From: Candidatus Limnocylindrus sp.
GTDB taxonomy: Bacteria; Chloroflexota; Limnocylindria; Limnocylindrales; Limnocylindraceae
Assembly (NCBI GenBank): GCA_040397215.1
Contig: JBBAWK010000002.1
Direction: 5' to 3' (one strand)
DNA: 64,000 nt
This document shows, piece after piece, positions 30,058 through 42,409 of this stretch (its first letter is position 1; the number at the start of each line of letters is the position of its first letter). The translations under genes and the position numbers were made by a program. A model generated the notes under the pieces. It did not search any database. It was not told the DNA's origin and was given only the letters and a program-made list of their open reading frames with translations.

Positions 30058-31178
30058 GTAGCCACAGTGAGCTCCCACCAGTCCTTGTGCTCTTCGGCGG
30101 GAGGAGTGCGGAGTCAGATATCTCCACGATCTCTGGAACCGCGATCGCCGCCGCGCTGCTCGATGCCGGCCTAACAGTCACCCAGGCACATATCGCACAA
30201 GATGGTTCGCTCCGCCCGCTCCCGGCGGGACATCGTCGCGGCGAACTCTCTGGTGGCGCATATACGGATCTCACCGCGCCAGCACTCCGTGGCACACAGC
30301 CAATGGCGCTCGCTACGTATCTTGAGAGCGTTACCGCATCGGCACCATCAACGATCGTTGTCCCTGCGCTGCATGGACCGGGCGATGAAGATGGCACGAT
30401 CGCCGCAGCGGCTGCGGCGGCGGGGCTGAACTATGTCGGTGACACCCCCGCAGTCGCCGCCCTCGGCATGGACAAGCCGCGCTTCAAGGCGCTCGCGCGC
30501 GAAGGCGGAGTAGCGACGCTCCCTGAGCTCGTCATCGCCCAACGCGAATGGTCATCAGAACGGGAGCGCGTACTCCGCACCGTCGCTGCATTTGCAGAAG
30601 AGCACACATCGTCGGGGGCACTGATCGGTAAGCCTGTCGCACACGGGTCATCCATCGGCATGAAGATCGCGCCCACGTCAGCCGATTGGGCAGATGCGAT
30701 TGACGAGGCGTTGTGCTTTGGCGATCGCGCGATGCTCGAGCCGTACCTTGAGCGTGCCCGCGAGCTAGAGATTGCTATTCTCGAGCGCACGAACGGATCG
30801 GTGCAGGCATTCGGCCCTGGCGAGGTGTTCCCCGGCCGTGAGTTTTACGATTACGACGCCAAGTATGCGCCAGGTGTCTCGCGCACCACGACGTCAAGCG
30901 ACCTGCCACCGGCTCTGGCAGATGAGATGCGCGCCGCCGCCGTTGCGCTCTTCACCGCCGCCCATAGTCGTGGCCTCGCACGCATGGACTTCTTGATGGC
31001 GCGGAGCGGCGAACGCGCCGGCCACTGGTACCTCTCAGAGGTGAATACCTTCCCTGGCTTCACGCCGATCTCGCTCTTCCCCGCACTAGTAATGGCGGGT
31101 GGCTCGAGCTTTACGGAGTTGTGCGTTGAGCTTGTCGCTGCGGCGGCGGCGCGTCCTGCCTCGCGTAGCGCGCAATGA
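30054..31178 (+). CDS. ddl: D-alanine--D-alanine ligase
   Basis: It is an ATP-grasp enzyme with N-terminus VLVLFGGRSAESDIS. Its ATG overlaps the murB stop (ATGA). Confidence 0.85.
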   Translation: MSSHSELPPVLVLFGGRSAESDISTISGTAIAAALLDAGLTVTQAHIAQDGSLRPLPAGHRRGELSGGAYTDLTAPALRGTQPMALATYLESVTASAPSTIVVPALHGPGDEDGTIAAAAAAAGLNYVGDTPAVAALGMDKPRFKALAREGGVATLPELVIAQREWSSERERVLRTVAAFAEEHTSSGALIGKPVAHGSSIGMKIAPTSADWADAIDEALCFGDRAMLEPYLERARELEIAILERTNGSVQAFGPGEVFPGREFYDYDAKYAPGVSRTTTSSDLPPALADEMRAAAVALFTAAHSRGLARMDFLMARSGERAGHWYLSEVNTFPGFTPISLFPALVMAGGSSFTELCVELVAAAAARPASRSAQ

Positions 31179-32269
31179 GCGATCGCAGATCATCGACAGG
31201 GGATCGCGGGCAGCATCGCGGTGCAGGCGCACGACCATTCGCTCCCGGTGAGGCGCCGCCCGGCCTACGCCCTGGGCTTGGCGGAAGCCGTCGGCGCGCT
31301 GGCGTGACGCCAGTCAGAGGCTCCGCGAATCGGCACCCGAACGAAGAGCCTGGCGCGACGTCGGGGCGAGGTCCAATTCTCACCCCAGGGGCAGCGGCTC
31401 GGCTGCGCCCGATTGCCCTCGGCGCACTCTTGGTGGCGGCGTTCCTCCTACCTCCGGTGGTTGCGCGCGCCAGCCTCACGACGGTCGGTCACATCTCAGT
31501 CGTCGGCGCCCTGCTCCTTGATCCCGAGGCGGTGATCGCGGCTGCAAACATCCCGATCGGCAGCAGCCTCCTTGGCGTGAACCTCCGCGCCGCAGAGGAG
31601 GCGGTGGCGGCGCTGCCGCTCGTCGCTGCTGTGCGGGTCAGCGCTGGGCTTCCTGATGGGATTCAGATTCGAGTGCGCGAGAAGTCGCTCCTGCTGCGCT
31701 GGCAGATTGGCGAACTGGCCTACGCCGTCACCGATAGCGGCGAACTCCTTGGGAGCATTGACACGCTCGATCTGGCGCCGACGGCGGCAGCCGAACTTGC
31801 GGCGGCCCCTCTTCTCTACGACGATCGCGTGCAAAGCTCACTCCTTACGGTTCGGCAACTCACGGCAACTGAGCTCGATGTGGCCACGCGCCTCGCCTCC
31901 CTGACGCCGGCGGACCTTGGCACTGGTGCCACCACCCTGACCCTCCGCCTCATCAGCGATTTCGGCTTCGTGGTGGAGGCCGTCGGGCCATCAATTGAGT
32001 GGCATGCAGTCTTCGGCATCTACTCCGCCACCATTCGCCCAACCAGCATGATCCCGGGCCAGGTTCGACTGTTGCGCAGCCTGCTCGCCGGACGGGAGAC
32101 GCGGATCGGTTGGGTGATCCTCGCCGACGACCAGGCTGGTACCTACACAGCGAAGGGTGTGCGACCGCCGCCACCATCCGTGGGTCCAAGTCCCAGCCCT
32201 AGCACTAGCCCCAGCTCGACCCCCCCTGATCCATCGCCAAGCCCCGCAGCCCCCACGGTGAGCCCGTGA
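31175..32269 (+). CDS. ftsQ: cell division protein FtsQ/DivIB with a Pro/Ser-rich C-terminal tail
   Basis: It has a single TM and POTRA domain in the position between ddl and ftsA. The C-terminus is PPPPSVGPSPSPSTSPSSTPPDPSPSPAAPTVSP. Confidence 0.7.
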   Translation: MSDRRSSTGDRGQHRGAGARPFAPGEAPPGLRPGLGGSRRRAGVTPVRGSANRHPNEEPGATSGRGPILTPGAAARLRPIALGALLVAAFLLPPVVARASLTTVGHISVVGALLLDPEAVIAAANIPIGSSLLGVNLRAAEEAVAALPLVAAVRVSAGLPDGIQIRVREKSLLLRWQIGELAYAVTDSGELLGSIDTLDLAPTAAAELAAAPLLYDDRVQSSLLTVRQLTATELDVATRLASLTPADLGTGATTLTLRLISDFGFVVEAVGPSIEWHAVFGIYSATIRPTSMIPGQVRLLRSLLAGRETRIGWVILADDQAGTYTAKGVRPPPPSVGPSPSPSTSPSSTPPDPSPSPAAPTVSP

Positions 32270-32349
32270 TGGTGCAGATATGGCGTGGCGTTCGGGTGAG
32301 CAGGGGTATGATGAGCAAGATGAGCGCACAGTGTGGAGGGGGCAACTAA

Positions 32350-33591
32350 ATGGCAGAAGAGCGCTACACAACGATCGCCGCGATTGATATCGGCACTTCG
32401 AAGGTTTCGTGCGCAATTGCGCACATTGGTGGCGAGAATGGCTCCATCAGCGTCATTGGTAAAGGGACCTACGCGAACCAAGGGATGCGCAAGGGAGTTG
32501 TCACCGACATCGAAAAGACGGGCGCCGCAATCCGCGCCGCTGTTGACGCCGCCGAGCGCCTCTCCGGATATCACATTGAACACGCCACCATTACGATCTC
32601 TGGTGCCCATGTGCTCGGCCAGAACACGAGCGGCCAGGTTGCTGTCGCCAACCCCGATCGTGAGATTCGCGATGACGATGTCGACCGTGTCCTTGAAGTC
32701 TGCCGTGCGATCGAGGTGCCAAACTCCCGCATGCTGCTCAACGTGCTTCCCTCGTCGTACATCGTGGATGGCCAAGAGGGGATCCAGCAGCCTCGTGGCA
32801 TGATCGCCTACCGACTTGAGGCACGTGCCCACCTCATCACCGCGGGCAGCACCGCAGTGCAGAATCTTGAGAAGTGCGTGCAGGCTGCCGGCATCGCCGT
32901 TGACGACTACGTCCCCGCCTCACTCGCAGCCGCCGAACTGACGTTGACCGAAACGGAGCGCGAGCTGGGGACAGTCCTCGTTGATATCGGCGCAGAGACC
33001 TGCGATATCGCGATCTTCCACCAGAACGCTGTGGTCTATACGGCGGTCCTGCCAATCGGCGGCGCATTCATTACTCGTGACGTGGCGATTGGGCTCAAGA
33101 CGAGCCTCCTTGCCGCCGAAGAGCTGAAGATGACCTATGGCACCTGCGACCCGCGCACCGCCAGTGACGCGGAGCAATACAACGTTCCCGACGAGCCAGC
33201 CGGTCGGCGCATTGGCCGACTCGAGCTCGCCTACATCATCGAGCCACGCATGAGCGAGATCTTTGGTCTGGTCGCTGGCGTGATCGCCAAGGCGGGTCAA
33301 GAGGTGACCAGCGCAGGCGTTGTCTTGACCGGCGGCGGGGCGCTGCTTCAAGGCGTCGAGGCTCTTGGGCGTGAGATCCTGAACGCGCCCGTTCGCGTTG
33401 CATCGCCAACTGGTCCAATTCTGGGGATCCTCGACGAGTTTCGCGGGCCTGGCCAGGCAGCCGTGCTCGGCCTCTTCTCGTGGGTCGCTCGCGGCCTGGA
33501 TGAGGCGGGGATTGCCGAGGAGCCAGAAGCAGGATTCGTAGGGCGCCTGTTCGGTGGGGCGCGCAACCTAGTTGGTCGCATTCGGGGGTAA
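32350..33591 (+). CDS. ftsA: cell division protein FtsA
   Basis: It has the actin/HSP70-like ATPase fold (AAIDIGTSKVSCA, DIGAETCDIA). Confidence 0.9.
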   Translation: MAEERYTTIAAIDIGTSKVSCAIAHIGGENGSISVIGKGTYANQGMRKGVVTDIEKTGAAIRAAVDAAERLSGYHIEHATITISGAHVLGQNTSGQVAVANPDREIRDDDVDRVLEVCRAIEVPNSRMLLNVLPSSYIVDGQEGIQQPRGMIAYRLEARAHLITAGSTAVQNLEKCVQAAGIAVDDYVPASLAAAELTLTETERELGTVLVDIGAETCDIAIFHQNAVVYTAVLPIGGAFITRDVAIGLKTSLLAAEELKMTYGTCDPRTASDAEQYNVPDEPAGRRIGRLELAYIIEPRMSEIFGLVAGVIAKAGQEVTSAGVVLTGGGALLQGVEALGREILNAPVRVASPTGPILGILDEFRGPGQAAVLGLFSWVARGLDEAGIAEEPEAGFVGRLFGGARNLVGRIRG

Positions 33592-33711
33592 CCCAACCCG
33601 CCGTGAATTGCGGGCGGGGCGCTGCTACACTTCGCGGGTTCGGCGGGAGGGCGTCGTCTGAACGGGGCTTGCCCCGGGCGGCGCAGAGTCGAGGCAACAG
33701 GTCCGGAGGGC

Positions 33712-34923
33712 ATGGAGTCGATGGCAGCGCAAACTGAGAATTTCGCGCTCATTCGTGTCGTCGGTGTCGGCGGCGCAGGGTCCAACGCCGTCAACCGCAT
33801 GATTCGCGCCGAGCTCCTTGGCGTGGAATTCATCGCCGTGAACACCGATGCCCAGGCGTTGGTGAAGTCTCACGCCCCAACCCGCATCCGTATTGGTGAT
33901 GGGATCTCTCGTGGCCTCGGCGCCGGCGGCGACTCTGCTGTAGGCGAGCGTGCCGCCCAAGAAGACATTGAAAACCTGCGCGCCGCCCTTGAGGGCTCTG
34001 ATCTCGTCTTTGTGACCGCCGGAATGGGCGGTGGCACCGGCTCGGGTGCAGCCCCTGTTGTTGCGAAGATCGCCAAGGAGATGGGGGCCCTCACGATCGG
34101 CATCGTCACCAAGCCGTTCGTCTTTGAGGGGAAGCGACGTGCCGCAGTTGCTGAGGCGGCCGCCAACGAGCTGCGCAAGCATGTCGACACGCTCATCGTC
34201 ATTCCAAACGAGCGACTCCTGAGTGTCGTGAGCCGCCAGACCTCGATGGAAGATTCATTCCGCATTGCCGACGATGTGCTTCGCCAGGCGGTCAAGGGCG
34301 TCAGCGATGTCATCACGGTGCCCGGAATCATCAACCTCGACTTCGCCGATGTGCGCTCGATCATGCGCGACGCTGGATCCGCACTCATGGGTATCGGTCG
34401 TGCCAGCGGCGAGAACCGAGCCACCTCTGCAGCCGAGATCGCCATTGCATCACCACTCCTCGAGGTCGACATTCAGGGCGCTACGGGCGTGCTGATCAAC
34501 GTTGCCGCTTCGGCCACCGTCACACTCCACGAAGTCAACGAGGCGATCAACCACATCACCGCGCGCGCAGACGACGAGGCGAACATCATCTTCGGTACTT
34601 CGCTCGACGAGTCGCTCGGCGATGAGATTCAGATCACCGTGATCGCAACAGGATTCTCAGCGGATCGACAGAGTTCGACCTCCAGCCCGCGCGCCCCATA
34701 CCGAGCGACCGATAGTGGCGCCTGGAGCCTGCGTGACGACGGCGTCGCCGTGCAGGAGGCTCCGACAGGGAGCCTCACGTACACCCCCACACCTGAGGCG
34801 ACCCCAGTTGGCCGTGACGAGGCCGACCAGGCACCTCTGCCAGTCGCTCCGCAGCCAGAAGAGGTCGACTTAAGCGATCTTGAAATCCCGGCCTTCCTGC
34901 GTTCGCGCAACCGCAACTCCTAG
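33712..34923 (+). CDS. ftsZ: cell division GTPase FtsZ
   Basis: It has the tubulin signature GGGTGSG, GVGGAGSNAV, a T7 loop, a variable linker and the C-terminal peptide DLEIPAFLR. Confidence 0.95.
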   Translation: MESMAAQTENFALIRVVGVGGAGSNAVNRMIRAELLGVEFIAVNTDAQALVKSHAPTRIRIGDGISRGLGAGGDSAVGERAAQEDIENLRAALEGSDLVFVTAGMGGGTGSGAAPVVAKIAKEMGALTIGIVTKPFVFEGKRRAAVAEAAANELRKHVDTLIVIPNERLLSVVSRQTSMEDSFRIADDVLRQAVKGVSDVITVPGIINLDFADVRSIMRDAGSALMGIGRASGENRATSAAEIAIASPLLEVDIQGATGVLINVAASATVTLHEVNEAINHITARADDEANIIFGTSLDESLGDEIQITVIATGFSADRQSSTSSPRAPYRATDSGAWSLRDDGVAVQEAPTGSLTYTPTPEATPVGRDEADQAPLPVAPQPEEVDLSDLEIPAFLRSRNRNS

Positions 34924-34945
34924 TTGCTGGGGGTAACCCCAGGCG

Positions 34946-35650
34946 ATGCTGAGCGGCGCCGACCTCACCACCCGCTATCGCGAGCTATTGGCGCGCGTGC
35001 TCGTCGCCGGTCCTGCCGAACTCATGGTGGTCACGAAGGGTGTTGCCGCTGAGCAGATCGCGGTTGTCGTAGACGCTGGATGCACCCTCTTCGGTGAGAA
35101 TCGCGTGCAAGAGCTTGAAGCGAAGCGCGCCGCCGTTGCGGCTCTGCGACCCACTGCGAATCTCATTTGGGTGCTGATCGGCCCGCTGCAGTCAAACAAG
35201 GCACGACGCGCGATGGAGGCTGCGGACCGCATCGCCACCGTGGGGAGCGTTGACCTTTTGGAGCGCATCGCCGCACTCGCCACCGAGCGAGCCAAGACGA
35301 TCGAGATCGCGCTCCAAGTGAATGTGGACGAGGATCCGGCCAAATCTGGTTTCACCCCCGAGGGCCTGCGAGCGGCACTTCCCGCCATCGCCGCAACCGT
35401 CAAAGGCGCCCCGATCCGCTTGGCCGGGCTCTTCACGGTGGGGAGGTTCACTGCGGGCGGGGAGGCGGCTCGCCCAACCTTCGCCCAATTCCGAACACTC
35501 GCAGCAGAAGTCGACGCCAACGCGCAGGCCCTCGGCCTTGCCCTTGGGCCGCTGCGTTCCGCTGGGATGAGCGGCGATTTCGAGGTGGCGATCAGTGAGG
35601 GTTCTACCGAGGTGCGGGTGGGGAGCGCGCTCTTTGGCCCGCGCGGGTAG
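34946..35650 (+). CDS. yggS: YggS-family pyridoxal-phosphate homeostasis protein
   Basis: It has an alanine-racemase-N-like TIM barrel, and the usual gene order ftsZ-yggS-yggT is conserved. Confidence 0.8.
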   Translation: MLSGADLTTRYRELLARVLVAGPAELMVVTKGVAAEQIAVVVDAGCTLFGENRVQELEAKRAAVAALRPTANLIWVLIGPLQSNKARRAMEAADRIATVGSVDLLERIAALATERAKTIEIALQVNVDEDPAKSGFTPEGLRAALPAIAATVKGAPIRLAGLFTVGRFTAGGEAARPTFAQFRTLAAEVDANAQALGLALGPLRSAGMSGDFEVAISEGSTEVRVGSALFGPRG

Positions 35651-35659
35651 GCTATAAGC

Positions 35660-35914
35660 ATGCCGTTTTCGTTGATCACCGCCGTTGACCTGGTCTTCCA
35701 GACCCTTTGGTGGGTGATCTTAGGACGCGTGCTGATCTCGTGGTTTGACCCGGCAGCCAACGGTCGACTCTCGCGCATCCTCTATGACATGAGTGAGCCA
35801 ATTCTCGCCCCAGCCCGACGCATCCTGCCGACATTCGGTGGCGTGGACTGGTCGCCACTCGCCACCATGATCGTGCTGAACCTACTCCGCGACGTGATCG
35901 TCTCGAACCTGTAG
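35660..35914 (+). CDS. yggT: YggT-family small membrane protein
   Basis: It is an 84-aa two-TM protein with the YggT signature, located downstream of yggS. Confidence 0.7.
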   Translation: MPFSLITAVDLVFQTLWWVILGRVLISWFDPAANGRLSRILYDMSEPILAPARRILPTFGGVDWSPLATMIVLNLLRDVIVSNL

Positions 35915-35942
35915 GAGCGAACCTAGTAGAATCTGCGCCCGA

Positions 35943-36018
<76 letters not shown>

Positions 36019-36064
36019 ACCCAAGTTGTATAGTCCGAGCGTGAGCCCACTAACGCCGAATCCG

Positions 36065-37066
36065 ATGCCACTCTCCACGCCGTATCCCGACTCGCCACGT
36101 CGCGCGCCACTCGGTACTCGTGCAAAGCCGCTTCCTCTCATCATTGATTGCGACCCCGGGCACGATGATGCCATGGCCATCGCGATCGCCATTGCTCGAC
36201 CTGAACTGAATCTGCTTGGCGTCACGGTAGTTGCGGGGAACTCAACCCTGCCGAACACCTTCCTGAATACCCGGCGGGTACTCGCGTTGTTGGGCGCCCA
36301 CGATATGCCTGTTGCGGCCGGTGCTGCCGTGCCGCTTGTGCGACCGCTCTTCACCGCGGCATATGTTCACGGGGAGTCGGGCCTTGAGGGGGCAGACCTT
36401 CCAGAACCCGCAGGCCGCTTGCACGAGGCTGGCGCAGTCGATCTGATTGCAACGCTCCTTGCTGCTGCACCAGATCCAGTTGTCTTAGCGCCGCTCGGGC
36501 CGCTTACGAATGTTGCCCTGTTCATCCAGGCGCACCATGAGCTGGTATCAAAGATTGCGCATATCTCGTGGATGGGTGGGGCGATCGGCGAAGGGAACGT
36601 TACGAGCGCGGCAGAGTTCAACGTCTACGTCGATCCAGATGCTGCCGCTGTCGTATTCGCAAGCGGGATCCCGATCACCATGGTCGGTCTTGATGCCACC
36701 CATCTTGCCAAGATGGGGGCCGCCGAGCGGGCGCGCCTTGAGGCGACTGGAAACCGGGCCGGGCGCGTCTTCTCTGATCTGCTTGGCTTCTTTGAGGTGT
36801 TTTATCAAGAGCGTTATGGATGGGATTACTGCGCAATCCACGACGCGGTTGCAGTGGCGCACCTGGTAGACCCTGAACTCGTTGCCGTAGTGCACGCCGC
36901 CGTTGACATCGAACTCGCTGACCTTCAGCGCGGCAGGACAGTGGTGGATTGGTTCCCCGATCGGCTACGTGATCGTGGACGCGCCGCCTCAGTCGACGTA
37001 GCCATAGGGGTTGACTCTGCTCGTTTTGCGGACCTGCTCGTGGATGTGATCGGACAATTCGAGTAG
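36065..37066 (+). CDS. nucleoside hydrolase (IU-NH family)
   Basis: The N-terminal calcium/ribose-binding motif IIDCDPGHDDAMAI (DxDxxxDD) is present. The track ORF at 35984 overlaps tRNA-Val, so the ATG at 36065 was chosen. Confidence 0.8.
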   Translation: MPLSTPYPDSPRRAPLGTRAKPLPLIIDCDPGHDDAMAIAIAIARPELNLLGVTVVAGNSTLPNTFLNTRRVLALLGAHDMPVAAGAAVPLVRPLFTAAYVHGESGLEGADLPEPAGRLHEAGAVDLIATLLAAAPDPVVLAPLGPLTNVALFIQAHHELVSKIAHISWMGGAIGEGNVTSAAEFNVYVDPDAAAVVFASGIPITMVGLDATHLAKMGAAERARLEATGNRAGRVFSDLLGFFEVFYQERYGWDYCAIHDAVAVAHLVDPELVAVVHAAVDIELADLQRGRTVVDWFPDRLRDRGRAASVDVAIGVDSARFADLLVDVIGQFE

Positions 37067-37069
37067 CAG

Positions 37070-39766
<2,697 letters not shown>

Positions 39767-39931
39767 GGGCCCTCCCCTCTATTGCGCGCGGCCGCTGCTG
39801 CGTCGCCACACGTGGCATTAGGGTAGCGCCCCCGCGCTTGGGCAGCGCGCCGCCGCTGCGGAGGCTACCATCGGCTCCACTGCGGGTACGGCCCCGGCCG
39901 CCCGCCCATCGGTTAGGTGAGGGAGCAGCGC

Positions 39932-40366
39932 ATGGGAGTGACACGCCGCAGCGCAATGTCGGCTGGGGGCCTCGTCATTAGGGGTGTGGGGGGTAGACCA
40001 GAGATCGTGATTGGGCGCCGTCGTCGAGAGCGCGACGGCTTCATCTGGTCACTCCCGAAGGGGACCCCTGAAGAGGGTGAGACCCGGGAGGATACGGCGC
40101 TTCGCGAGGTGCGCGAAGAGACGGGCCTTGAGGTGCAGATTCTCTCGTATTTTGATGCGATTCACTACTCGTTCACGCGCGGCGGGGAGCGCATCGACAA
40201 AACGGTGCACTACTACCTGATGGAAGCGATCGGCGGTTCGTTCGATCAGTGGGATCACGAGTTCGATGAGGTGCGCTGGGTACCGATGGAGGAGGCGATT
40301 GCCCTCCTGGACTTTCAAACAGAGTGCGGCCTTGTCGAGCGCGCCTACGCGGCCCTCGCCGCATAG
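39932..40366 (+). CDS. NUDIX hydrolase
   Basis: It has the Nudix box G(x5)E(x7)REVREETGL. The start is ambiguous: GTG 39917, ATG 39932 or ATG 39956. Confidence 0.75.
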   Translation: MGVTRRSAMSAGGLVIRGVGGRPEIVIGRRRRERDGFIWSLPKGTPEEGETREDTALREVREETGLEVQILSYFDAIHYSFTRGGERIDKTVHYYLMEAIGGSFDQWDHEFDEVRWVPMEEAIALLDFQTECGLVERAYAALAA

Positions 40367-40468
40367 GCGATCCGTGCGGGCGGGTGGCTCCGCCACAAAA
40401 GTGCACGGCAAACCCTTATCCTGTGGGGAGATCGGCACCCGCCGATCCACGAGAGTGTGAGAGGGGAG

Positions 40469-42403
40469 ATGCCGATGCATCGAAGCCTGAAGATCCTTGC
40501 GGCAGCTCTCTTGGCGGCAACCCTGTTATCCGGCTGCGCGATCATCTCCGGTCGCACCCTGCAGGTTGGAATCGTCGGTGAGCCCGCCGGCCTAGAGCTC
40601 GCCTATTCCGACGATGCGTCCGCCCTCGTTGGCTCCATGGTCCACGTTGGCCTTTACCGCGCCGATGCTGCGTTCGCGCCAACCCCAGTGCTCGCCGATG
40701 GCGACGCTTCGAGTGCGGCAGGCGGCACGAAGTGGCGCGTCACCCTGCGCTCAGGGCTCACCTTTCACGATGGATCGCCACTTACCACCGATGATGTGAT
40801 CTTTAGCTATGAACTTGCAGCCTCCACGCGCTGTCCGCTTGTGAGCGACATTTGCGCCGTGGTTGGGAATCACCTGGCCTCAGTGGAGGCGGGGGCCGAT
40901 GGTGCGCTCACGTTCACCTTGAAGTCGCCTTGGGCACCCTGGCAGACGCGCGGACTCACCATCCCCATCCTCCCCAAGGCCACCCTCACCGCATCACTGG
41001 CACGACTCCAAGCCAAGGTGCAAACGGCAGATCGCAATGCGGTCTCCCTGACCCGCGAGAACATTGCCGCCGATATTGACGGCGGCGGATGCGCCGCCTC
41101 GGGGGGGGCAAACTGCACTTATGCATCGCGCGTTACCGAGTTGGAGCGCACCCTTGCCGACGCTGGCCTCGATCTGCCAGACCCACGCGGCTATCCGCAA
41201 CTCAGCAGCGCTGGCGAGCCGACGGGGAGCCGCGACGACGAACAGTACGCACGAGCGCTCTACGTGCGGCTGGCTGCGCTGGAGGGACTCCTCCTCGCAC
41301 CAACTGAGGGGCAACTCGGCGCCGCGTTCCCACTTCTTGACGTACAGAGCTCACCTGTCGGCGCGGGACCGTACGAATTCGTGGAGCGCGTGCCCGGTGC
41401 CTTCGTGCAGCTCGCCGCTTTCAAGGGGTTCGCCCTTGGCGCGCCGCCCATGTCGGGCATGACACTGACGGTCTTCGCATCGCCCGCCGGTGTGGTGAAG
41501 GCCTTTCAGGGGAGCTCGATTGATTGGGCCCCTGACCTTCGAGCCGCAGATGTAGCTGGCCTGAACGTCAGCGACGATGCCACGCTGCTCCATACAGCGT
41601 CGCTCCGCGGCTACAACTACCTTGCGTTCAACACACGAGAAGGGCGCCTCTTCGCCAGCAGCGTTACCCGCCGAGCCCTCGCCTCGTGCGTCGACCTGCC
41701 AGCAATCATCACAGGCGCAACAGATGAGACAGGGATCAAGATCTCTAGCACCGTGGCGCCTACCTCGTGGGCGGCTGAGAACCCTGCCGCAGCAGAGGCC
41801 ACGCGCGATGTTCCTGGTGCGCGCGCCGCACTTATCGCCGATGGATGGGTCGCAGGTCAGGATGGAGTCTTCGCTCGCGGTGGTACGCGACTTGAGGCGG
41901 AAATCATCGTTCGTGAGGGTCAGGTTATGCGAACCCGTGCGGCCCAACTGATCGTTGACCAGGTTGCTGAGTGCGGTATCGCACTCACCGTCGCCGAACT
42001 TCCGTTCACCACGGACATCGCGCCAAGGCTGCGCTACCCAAACGACTTTGATCTTTATCTCGGCGCGTGGCAGTGGAGCCTTGATCCCGATGACTCGGAT
42101 ATCTTCGCCTCCAGCGCCTGCCCAACCGAAGGGGCACCTGCTGGGAAGAACTTCGTGTGCTGGTCGAGCTCGGGCGTCGATCAGCTCCTGGCCCAAGGAT
42201 TATCAGCTGGGAGCGTTAGCGCTCGCGTTGGTATCTACGCCACCCTTCAAGCGCTTCGACGGAGTGAGCGACCGTATCTCCTCCTCTGGGGGGATCCCTC
42301 TTATGCGCTGCTTCGGAACCGCTTCACCTGGGCGACTAAAACAGCAGATGTGCAAAGCCCGTTATACGCGTGGGCAATCCAGACGTGGGACTTGCAAAAG
42401 TAG
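40469..42403 (+). CDS. ABC transporter substrate-binding lipoprotein, family 5 (peptide/nickel/opine type)
   Basis: It has a signal peptide with a lipobox (LLSGCA) and the SBP_bac_5 fold. No permease or ATPase genes lie adjacent. Confidence 0.75.
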   Translation: MPMHRSLKILAAALLAATLLSGCAIISGRTLQVGIVGEPAGLELAYSDDASALVGSMVHVGLYRADAAFAPTPVLADGDASSAAGGTKWRVTLRSGLTFHDGSPLTTDDVIFSYELAASTRCPLVSDICAVVGNHLASVEAGADGALTFTLKSPWAPWQTRGLTIPILPKATLTASLARLQAKVQTADRNAVSLTRENIAADIDGGGCAASGGANCTYASRVTELERTLADAGLDLPDPRGYPQLSSAGEPTGSRDDEQYARALYVRLAALEGLLLAPTEGQLGAAFPLLDVQSSPVGAGPYEFVERVPGAFVQLAAFKGFALGAPPMSGMTLTVFASPAGVVKAFQGSSIDWAPDLRAADVAGLNVSDDATLLHTASLRGYNYLAFNTREGRLFASSVTRRALASCVDLPAIITGATDETGIKISSTVAPTSWAAENPAAAEATRDVPGARAALIADGWVAGQDGVFARGGTRLEAEIIVREGQVMRTRAAQLIVDQVAECGIALTVAELPFTTDIAPRLRYPNDFDLYLGAWQWSLDPDDSDIFASSACPTEGAPAGKNFVCWSSSGVDQLLAQGLSAGSVSARVGIYATLQALRRSERPYLLLWGDPSYALLRNRFTWATKTADVQSPLYAWAIQTWDLQK

Positions 42404-42409
42404 CAGCCG

